A stretch of DNA of 44,552 nucleotides from Elusimicrobiales bacterium (GTDB lineage Bacteria > Elusimicrobiota > Elusimicrobia > Elusimicrobiales > UBA9959), in contig JBMFKQ010000005.1 of assembly GCA_049972095.1 (NCBI GenBank), forward strand, positions 17,431 through 61,982, given 5' to 3'. This document shows positions 37,974-44,552 of the stretch, in pieces. The translations under genes and the position numbers were made by a program. The stretch's first letter is position 1, and each line of letters opens with the position of its first letter. Under the pieces are notes generated by a model that saw only the letters and a program-made list of their open reading frames with translations, had not been told where the DNA came from and searched no databases.

Positions 37974-39842
37974 TCAGGAGTGGTAATCTTTATAATCTGC
38001 GTAATATGAGTATTTAGCTCCAAGATCTGTTGCTCTTACTCCATTAAGACATATTCCTATCATTTTAGTTCCTGCTGATGTTATCTGCTCTTTTGCGCGC
38101 CTCAGGGCACCCCTTGCAATCTTCCCTGCTTTATAAACCATTAAAACACCATCTGTGTGATGCCCTATTATAACACTGTCAGCAAAAAGAAGAACTGGAG
38201 AACCATCAAAGATCACAAAATCAAACTTACCTTTCATCTTCTCTACAACCATATGCCAATCTGCATTAGTTATAAGATCTGCTACATTTGATGGTGGGCT
38301 GCCACTTGTTATCATCTTAAAATCATCTATTCCCAAAAACCCTGCTATATTTTTACTGCCAACACCATACACGAAATCAGCTACACCTCTAACCACATCA
38401 TCAAACTCAACCCTGCTACCCAGTAAATCTGAAAGTCCAGGAGAACGAGAGATACCAAACACCTCATGAACTATAGGCCTTCTCATATCAGTCTCAACAA
38501 AAAGAGTTTTAAATCCTGCCAATGCAGAGGCAAGGGCAAGATTAAGAGCTGTAAGAGTCTTTCCCTCAGCAACACCAGCTGAGCTTACAACTATGCTAAT
38601 AGGCGTTTTTTTACCAAGAGAAGCAAATATATTTGTTCTAAGCGTATGATATGCCTCTGTTATACTACTTTTCACCCCGCGATTCATAACAAGGGCTGTT
38701 CTAAATCCCTCTATGCTGAATCTCTCTGCTTTAAAAAGGGATATAAACCAATTATCCTTTGATCTTCCTGATGGTATATAAGGTATTATACCAACAACTG
38801 GAGATTCTATAAACTCCTCTATCTCCTCTATTGTGCTTATTGAAACATCAAGGTTTTCAAGTATGAAGACAACAACAAAACCCAAAAACAAACCCACAAG
38901 TATTCCTATAACAAGATTTAATTTTATATTCGGTAAAACTGGAGAAGTATTTAGAACAGGTGGGTTTATAACACTCACAAATGATACTATTGAAGAAAGA
39001 CCAAGCTTTGCCTCTTCGTATTGCTTGCTTATGGTTGAGTATAGCTCTTCCTGAAGCCTCAGATCCCTGTTTATTCTAAGTAGTTCAAGCTCCTGAGATG
39101 GCAGCTCTTTAATACGCTTGTTAAGTATCTCTATCTTCTTATCAATAACAACAATATCAGGATGGTTTGGAGTGTATTTTTCAAGAAGTTCCTTCTTCTT
39201 TATCTCAAGATCTGCAATCTGATCTGCTATAAGCCCAGCCGTTGGTGAGGTTGGATTTTTCTGTATATATTCCCTTTTTTGTCTTTCAAGACTTCTAAGT
39301 CTATCCTCAATCTCAATTTTTCTCTGAAGTATATCGTTAAAGCTCTTTCTTGCCTGAGAGCTTTTCTGTTCAAGATCATACTCGCGGTATGCATCTATAA
39401 CAGCACTTACAATATCATAAGCCTTGTATGGGTTTGAGGCATAAGCAGTTATGGATATGAGATTGGTATCAGAAACCCTCTCAGCTTTGTATGAAGAGCT
39501 TAGCTGAGATGCAGCTTTTAAAAGCTCATCCTCATCTGAGATATCTCTTACAAGATGCAGCTTTATGGCAGCTTTTTTTGCAACCTCAAGAGATGTTATA
39601 ACCTTTATCTCTGTGTTTACAGCTCCCCACGGATCTATATCCATTATATTGGAGCCCGGAAGCTGAGTATAGATCTTTGGAGGCTGTATCTTTATAACAG
39701 CAGAAGAGGAATAGACATATGGAGAAAGTCTGGTGTATATGTAAGATGCGATAAGTGAAACAATAAAAACGAATATAAAGGAATATCTCCTTCGCAAAAG
39801 TATGCGCCAGTAGTCATAAAGGGTTAAACCATCTGAATTCAT
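37974..39842 (-). CDS. wzc: Polysaccharide co-polymerase tyrosine autokinase (Wzc/GumC family)
   Basis: Two TM segments, YTPNHPD, EAY..LRTN, Walker A SSAGVAEGKT, A' DMRRP, B IFDGSP, C-terminal Tyr cluster YSYYADYKDY. Confidence 0.9.
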   Translation of the reverse strand: MNSDGLTLYDYWRILLRRRYSFIFVFIVSLIASYIYTRLSPYVYSSSAVIKIQPPKIYTQLPGSNIMDIDPWGAVNTEIKVITSLEVAKKAAIKLHLVRDISDEDELLKAASQLSSSYKAERVSDTNLISITAYASNPYKAYDIVSAVIDAYREYDLEQKSSQARKSFNDILQRKIEIEDRLRSLERQKREYIQKNPTSPTAGLIADQIADLEIKKKELLEKYTPNHPDIVVIDKKIEILNKRIKELPSQELELLRINRDLRLQEELYSTISKQYEEAKLGLSSIVSFVSVINPPVLNTSPVLPNIKLNLVIGILVGLFLGFVVVFILENLDVSISTIEEIEEFIESPVVGIIPYIPSGRSKDNWFISLFKAERFSIEGFRTALVMNRGVKSSITEAYHTLRTNIFASLGKKTPISIVVSSAGVAEGKTLTALNLALASALAGFKTLFVETDMRRPIVHEVFGISRSPGLSDLLGSRVEFDDVVRGVADFVYGVGSKNIAGFLGIDDFKMITSGSPPSNVADLITNADWHMVVEKMKGKFDFVIFDGSPVLLFADSVIIGHHTDGVLMVYKAGKIARGALRRAKEQITSAGTKMIGICLNGVRATDLGAKYSYYADYKDYHS

Positions 39843-39844
39843 AG

Positions 39845-40519
39845 TTATCTGCTTAGAATAACTCCTATGCTTATAAAAAAGGTTGTAAGAGTAATCCAGG
39901 GGACAATGTTATCACTTATCCATTTGCTTTTTGATGTAAATTTCTGCCTTGGTATATAAACTATATCCCCTACCTCAAGGGGTTTTATGCTCTGGGAATT
40001 CTCAAAAAAATCCTCTATGGATATCTTTATAACAATCTCCCTTAGATTTCCACTATCATCCCTTATCTTTCTATATATCTTTATATTTTTCGTATCAGCA
40101 TAATCTTGAAGCCCGCCTGCCTCAGCAATAAGTTCAAGTATATTCATATTTTCTCTGTATTGATAATAACCACTTCTCTGTATACTTCCTATAATTGCAA
40201 CCCTGTAAGACGAAAATATCTTTATAGCTACAGTTACTTTCGGATTTGAGACATATTTTGAAAGCCTTTCTGTTATTATCCTTTCAACCTCAAAAGCCCT
40301 AAGCCCACTAACCTTAATAGAACCAAGCAAAGGCATATCTATACTGCCATCAGGTGATACTGTAACATCTCTTGAAAACTCTGTTGCAGGATATATGTTT
40401 ATGCTTATTACATCCCCTGCTGAAATCTTGTAATCAGATAAAAGATTTTCAGATGATACATAGGGATTTATGATAAGAAAAATGATTAAGATAGAGAAAA
40501 AAAATCTAACTTTTTTCAT
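39845..40519 (-). CDS. Short polysaccharide export (OPX/Wza-like) protein, Poly_export + SLBB
   Basis: YKISAGDVI.I, VSPDGSIDMPLLG, G...RSGYY, AEAGG, L..GDIVYIP, hydrophobic C-terminal helix. Confidence 0.88.
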   Translation of the reverse strand: MKKVRFFFSILIIFLIINPYVSSENLLSDYKISAGDVISINIYPATEFSRDVTVSPDGSIDMPLLGSIKVSGLRAFEVERIITERLSKYVSNPKVTVAIKIFSSYRVAIIGSIQRSGYYQYRENMNILELIAEAGGLQDYADTKNIKIYRKIRDDSGNLREIVIKISIEDFFENSQSIKPLEVGDIVYIPRQKFTSKSKWISDNIVPWITLTTFFISIGVILSR

Positions 40520-40526
40520 AATTAAA

Positions 40527-40535
40527 ATTTTATCA
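40527..40535 (-). promoter_or_regulatory. Extended -10 element upstream of the OPX gene
   Basis: Minus strand TGATAAAAT 7 nt before ATG 40519; no Shine-Dalgarno in between. Confidence 0.45.
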
Positions 40536-40537
40536 TA

Positions 40538-41074
40538 TTACCTCAAATCTTTTTCCGACATAAGAATTTTTACCACAGACTTTATTTCATTTAACTCCTC
40601 TATAATCCTTTCATTATCTCCACTATTAGATACATTTTTTTTCATAATATAGCTAACCTTATTCTCAAGCTCATTAACCCTGTCAACAAGATCATTGGGT
40701 AGCAAAACCTTTGAAGAGGCTGTTATAACATATCTGTAGAAGGTAATAAAGATAATTGCAGCTGATAATAGAAATGAAGCTACGCCCGCAAAGGTTATAT
40801 ACTCAAGCCCTGAAATAAGCCCTGCAAAGATGACTATGACTGATAGTATCATAAAAAAGATTAGTGTTTCCTTATTCTCACTCCATACAACATTGAATCT
40901 TGATAGGTTTTTTTTCACAATATCCGTATCAAAGGAATGTTTAACTAAGGAGGTTGCACGATCTTTTTGATAAGAATCCACTTTTTTATCATCAACAAAC
41001 ATCTTACTCTTTAAAAAATCCTTAGAGGTTTCTTCTTTAAGTTTATCTATTATCTCTTTAAGCTCATCACTCAT
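40538..41074 (-). CDS. Hypothetical two-TM membrane protein with short C-terminal coiled coils
   Basis: Hydrophobic hairpin LIFFMILSVIVIFAGL / ITFAGVASFLLSAAIIF; 8-nt overlap with the upstream gene. Confidence 0.8.
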   Translation of the reverse strand: MSDELKEIIDKLKEETSKDFLKSKMFVDDKKVDSYQKDRATSLVKHSFDTDIVKKNLSRFNVVWSENKETLIFFMILSVIVIFAGLISGLEYITFAGVASFLLSAAIIFITFYRYVITASSKVLLPNDLVDRVNELENKVSYIMKKNVSNSGDNERIIEELNEIKSVVKILMSEKDLR

Positions 41075-41804
41075 TGTCAGTCTCCATCTTCCCAGCTATG
41101 CCAAGTTTCTTGATTATCTCATCAACTCTCTTTTCTTTTTCCTCAACCTCCTTTCTTTTTGCATCAAGATCAGCTTTTATCTTTTCAAAAACCTTTATAA
41201 GCTCCTTTTTCTTCATATTATATTCTTCTTCAAGTCTTTTTTCTCTAATCTTAAGTTCATTTATCTTTCTTTCATACTCCATATTATATCTGTTTTTTAA
41301 AACATCAATCTCTCTGTTTTTTTCCTCCCATTGTAAAAGCATCTTTTCTTCTTTCTGCCTGAACTCCTCATAGAGCTGTTGTATTTTTTTTGAATATTCA
41401 CTCATAAGCCTTGCTTTCTGGCTTGAAAACTCCATTACTCTTGCCTCAAGCGATGCAGCCATATCCTCCATCTCTTTTTTAATTCTTAGATTCTCCTCTG
41501 TAAGCCTTTTCTTTTCCTCACTAAGTTCAACTATCTGGTTTTTAAGAGTATTAATCTCTTCCTCAAGTTTCTCAATCTTTATTCTATGTTTTTTTTCAAG
41601 CATCTTAACCCTTTCCTCAACCTCTTTTTCCTTTTCAACTATAAACTCATCTGCTGTTCTTAGAGAGTGTTCAAACTTCTCCATTATTGCAGTCATCTCA
41701 ACAGCAGCAACATTCTTCTCATCCCATAATCTTTTTGAAAAATCAATAAGCTTCTGATAAATCTCGTCTGGAATACACTTTATTTTCCTTATCTCCATAA
41801 TCAT
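41067..41804 (-). CDS. Hypothetical coiled-coil protein
   Basis: 245-aa E/K-rich helical ORF; ATGA overlap with the upstream gene. Confidence 0.82.
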   Translation of the reverse strand: MIMEIRKIKCIPDEIYQKLIDFSKRLWDEKNVAAVEMTAIMEKFEHSLRTADEFIVEKEKEVEERVKMLEKKHRIKIEKLEEEINTLKNQIVELSEEKKRLTEENLRIKKEMEDMAASLEARVMEFSSQKARLMSEYSKKIQQLYEEFRQKEEKMLLQWEEKNREIDVLKNRYNMEYERKINELKIREKRLEEEYNMKKKELIKVFEKIKADLDAKRKEVEEKEKRVDEIIKKLGIAGKMETDNE

Positions 41805-44552
41805 TTTTCTTTATATCTATTTATGGCTCTTATAAGCTCAAGTCTCAAATTCTCAAGCTCACTCTCTTTAACGGCGTACTCCTTTTCAAGCTTAATTCTC
41901 TCATCATTCAGCGCCTTTTCTTTTTCATAAAGCTCTTTTCTCTTCTGAGCTATCTCTTCCTCAAATCTTGTCATCTTATCAGAGATGATCTTCTCCATTT
42001 CAATTGTAGTTTTCTTGAGATTGACTATTATATTATCCTTTTCTGATATCTTTTCTTCAAGTGAGCTAATAAGATTTTTCAAACCTTCAATCTTCTTTTC
42101 ATACTCACTACAAACTCTGTTTCTTTCATTTATAACATTCTCTTCAATCTTCCCTTTGAGATAAATAATCTCATCATTGAGCCTTTTTTTCTCATCGTTG
42201 ATCATCTCAATTCTCTTATTAAGCTGTAAGATTTGTTTTTCAAGATCCTCTCTCTCCCCTTCAACATTCTTAATCCTTGCCTCATAGATTTCCTTAATCT
42301 TGCTAATCTCCATTTTAAGCTCTTCTCTTTCCTTTTTATATTCCTCAATCATTTTATTGTAAAGTTCAATCTCTTCTTCCTTTCTTGCAGCAAAAATCTT
42401 CATATCATTTTCATACTTCTTCTGAGATAATTCAAGTTCAGTCTTTAGCTTTACATACTCATCATAATAATTTTTTGCCTCCTCTCTAACTCTTAATAAC
42501 TCACCAGAAATAGATTCATTTAACCTTTTCATCTCCTCTATTCTTGTTTCATATTTTTTGCTGAGGGTCTTTTCAAGATTGTCAATAAGCTGAGCGTAGT
42601 TCTGCTCCACCTCTAAGGTCTTTGTATCAAGTAGCTTCTTGCCTTCGCTCTTTATTCTACTCATCTCAAACCTCAACTCACTATTTTCCTTAATAAGACT
42701 ATCAATCTCTATATTTTTCTCCTCAATTGCTTTTACAAGTCCATCAAGTGTTTTTTGAAACCTTTCAACCTCTTTTTTTGCAAGCTCATTCTTTGCAACA
42801 ATTATATCATTAAATTTTTTCTCCATATTCTCAATCTCATTCTTGTAATTATCAGAAATCTCTTTTATAGCCTTGTCAAGCTCAAGGGAAAACCTTCTTT
42901 TTTCCTGCTCAGATATAACCCTTAGCTTATTCTCCTTTTCTTCAAGTTCCTTTTTAATCTTTTCTAACTCTTGCTTTAAAAGAGATATCTCCTCATCCTT
43001 TCTTCTTATCTCTGAGTTCATTTCTGATCTAATTCTTTCTCTATTCTGATCTAAAAGGGATGAGTATTTATCTTCAATCTCTCTAATTCTTTTCTCATAT
43101 TCATCAACAATCTTGTCTTTTTGAGCCTCATAATCATTTGCTATCTGTTTAATCTTATCCTCAAAATCAGCAACAATCTTGTTTATCTTCTCTGCATCCT
43201 CTTTAATAATGTTAGCCCTTTCATTTGCAAGATTATCTATAAGCTTTTGATATTCTAACTCCTTCTTAGAAAATTCCAATACAATACCCTTGATTTTTTC
43301 TTCATATTCAAAGGATATTTTCTTATTCTCATCCTCTATCTCCTTTACCTTTTCATCTTTTGATAAAATTATATTCTCATACTCTTGCTTCATCTTTGCT
43401 ATGTCATTTTTTATCTTTTCCATTTCATTTTGATGTTTAATATTAAGCTCGTTTTCAATCTCATAAATCTTCTTCTCCTTTTCCTCAACAAGAGTTTTTA
43501 ACTTCTCAATCCTTGCTTCATAATCCTTCCTCAGCCTCTCAAGCAACTGTGAATGATAGTTTTTTTCATTTTCAAAATTTATTAAAAGCTCTGATATTTT
43601 TATTTCATATTCTTTTCTTACATCTTCAATTTTTTTATACATCTCCTCTTCGCTTGATTTTTTAAAAGTTTCAAATCTTTGTTGGAATGCTCTTAATATA
43701 TCCTCATACTCTTTTTCCTTTAAAGTATAATCTTTCTTAATCTCTGATATCTTATTTTCATACTCACTTCTTACATTAGCCACAGCCTCATTTACAGCAT
43801 CATTCATCCTCTTTATAAACTCCTGCTCTTTCTCTATCATCATCTTCCTGTTTTGCTCAATCTCAAAAGTTGATTCAGCTAATTTCGATTCAATCTCCTT
43901 CCTTAAACCTCTTTCATTTTCAAGTTGTGATAAAAGGATAGATATTTTCTCTTTAAAGTTTTCTTCAACCTTACTTTTTTCCTCAAGTATCCTTGATCTC
44001 CATAAATGTTCAAGATGAATAATTTTTTCTCTGTATTCATTTTCAATCTTTTCAAATTTTTCCCTAAAATTTTCCCTCTCAGCTGAAATATTCTTTTCAT
44101 ACTCTTTTTTAATTTTGTCAAGCTCATTTATTTGTTTTTTTAACTCTTCCTCTTTTTTAGATATAACCTCTACAATCTCTTTATCCTTCTCTTCCTTCAA
44201 GTTCTTCAAAGACTCCTTTAACTTTATAATCTCCTCTTCTCTTTCTCTAATCATCTTCTCAAAATTACCTAAAATATCTTTTATCTTTAGTTCATATCTC
44301 TCCGATATCTCCTTTTCTTTATCCTTAACCCTTTTATCAGCCTCAAGAATTATCCTTTTTATCTCAGACTCGTAATACTCTTTTTTATCTCTGTATTCAG
44401 ACTCAATAAGAGATATTTTATCTTCCAAATTACCTCTTATCTCTTCTATTTTCTTTTCATAAGAAAGAGCCATCCCCTTTTTATCATTTTCAAATCTCTC
44501 CTCTATCTCCTTTATCTTTTTTGTATAGTCTTCAATCATCTGTTTCTTCTCA
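41801..44552 (-). CDS. Very large coiled-coil protein, 5'-truncated by the window edge (>912 aa)
   Basis: Frame stays open from ATG 44539 to the window end (GAG AAG AAA CAG ATG); no Pro, E/K-rich, recurring (Y/F)E.(K/R)I motifs. Confidence 0.88.
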   Translation of the reverse strand, partial: EKKQMIEDYTKKIKEIEERFENDKKGMALSYEKKIEEIRGNLEDKISLIESEYRDKKEYYESEIKRIILEADKRVKDKEKEISERYELKIKDILGNFEKMIREREEEIIKLKESLKNLKEEKDKEIVEVISKKEEELKKQINELDKIKKEYEKNISAERENFREKFEKIENEYREKIIHLEHLWRSRILEEKSKVEENFKEKISILLSQLENERGLRKEIESKLAESTFEIEQNRKMMIEKEQEFIKRMNDAVNEAVANVRSEYENKISEIKKDYTLKEKEYEDILRAFQQRFETFKKSSEEEMYKKIEDVRKEYEIKISELLINFENEKNYHSQLLERLRKDYEARIEKLKTLVEEKEKKIYEIENELNIKHQNEMEKIKNDIAKMKQEYENIILSKDEKVKEIEDENKKISFEYEEKIKGIVLEFSKKELEYQKLIDNLANERANIIKEDAEKINKIVADFEDKIKQIANDYEAQKDKIVDEYEKRIREIEDKYSSLLDQNRERIRSEMNSEIRRKDEEISLLKQELEKIKKELEEKENKLRVISEQEKRRFSLELDKAIKEISDNYKNEIENMEKKFNDIIVAKNELAKKEVERFQKTLDGLVKAIEEKNIEIDSLIKENSELRFEMSRIKSEGKKLLDTKTLEVEQNYAQLIDNLEKTLSKKYETRIEEMKRLNESISGELLRVREEAKNYYDEYVKLKTELELSQKKYENDMKIFAARKEEEIELYNKMIEEYKKEREELKMEISKIKEIYEARIKNVEGEREDLEKQILQLNKRIEMINDEKKRLNDEIIYLKGKIEENVINERNRVCSEYEKKIEGLKNLISSLEEKISEKDNIIVNLKKTTIEMEKIISDKMTRFEEEIAQKRKELYEKEKALNDERIKLEKEYAVKESELENLRLELIRAINRYKEK

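Noticed and set aside
1326..44375. Numerous 60-150 aa ORFs in the track overlapping longer genes (e.g. 3257-3604, 9311-9649, 13419-13676, 15782-16186, 31958-32410, 37679-38017)
   Set aside because: Antisense or off-frame shadows of well-supported genes, with no recognisable motifs
41801..44552. SMC/Rad50 or DNA-level tandem repeat/CRISPR interpretation of the pyrimidine-rich right end
   Set aside because: The skew is explained by Glu/Lys codons on the minus strand; no exact nucleotide repeats, spacers or SMC C-terminal motifs

Overview
Low-GC (roughly 30-33% by eye), gene-dense bacterial chromosomal segment from a probably diderm organism (MltA, OPX/Wzc/Wzy, TatT-type TRAP system, PilT). The lineage cannot be fixed from the sequence alone. 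It holds about 42 protein genes and one tRNA-Gly(GCC); I saw no mobile element, CRISPR array or rRNA. Left to right: (i) a coupled three-gene operon (acidic protein, DnaA-like AAA+ protein lacking the DNA-binding domain, orphan GAF histidine kinase); (ii) an aminotransferase; (iii) a SIS-deaminase/MltA/NamZ peptidoglycan-recycling operon; (iv) an interrupted glycine-cleavage cluster; (v) a TatT-DctPQM transporter with malQ, ridA and a small Cys-rich protein; (vi) TPR protein, dcd, an isolated squalene/phytoene synthase, lemA-htpX and an Xaa-Pro peptidase; (vii) tRNA-Gly; (viii) a long ftsA-ftsZ-pilT-dNK-cmk-plsC-S1-pseudoNTPase-murC-rsmA run; (ix) OPX-Wzc-Wzy; (x) a coiled-coil operon whose largest gene runs off the window. 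The best candidate for an undescribed system is the first operon: the acidic protein and the DnaA paralog end in the same ~115-120 aa domain, visible as an ungapped alignment, and the DnaA paralog lacks domain IV and the arginine finger. Next are the hendecad coiled-coil operon and an FtsA/FtsZ pair with non-canonical nucleotide-binding loops.
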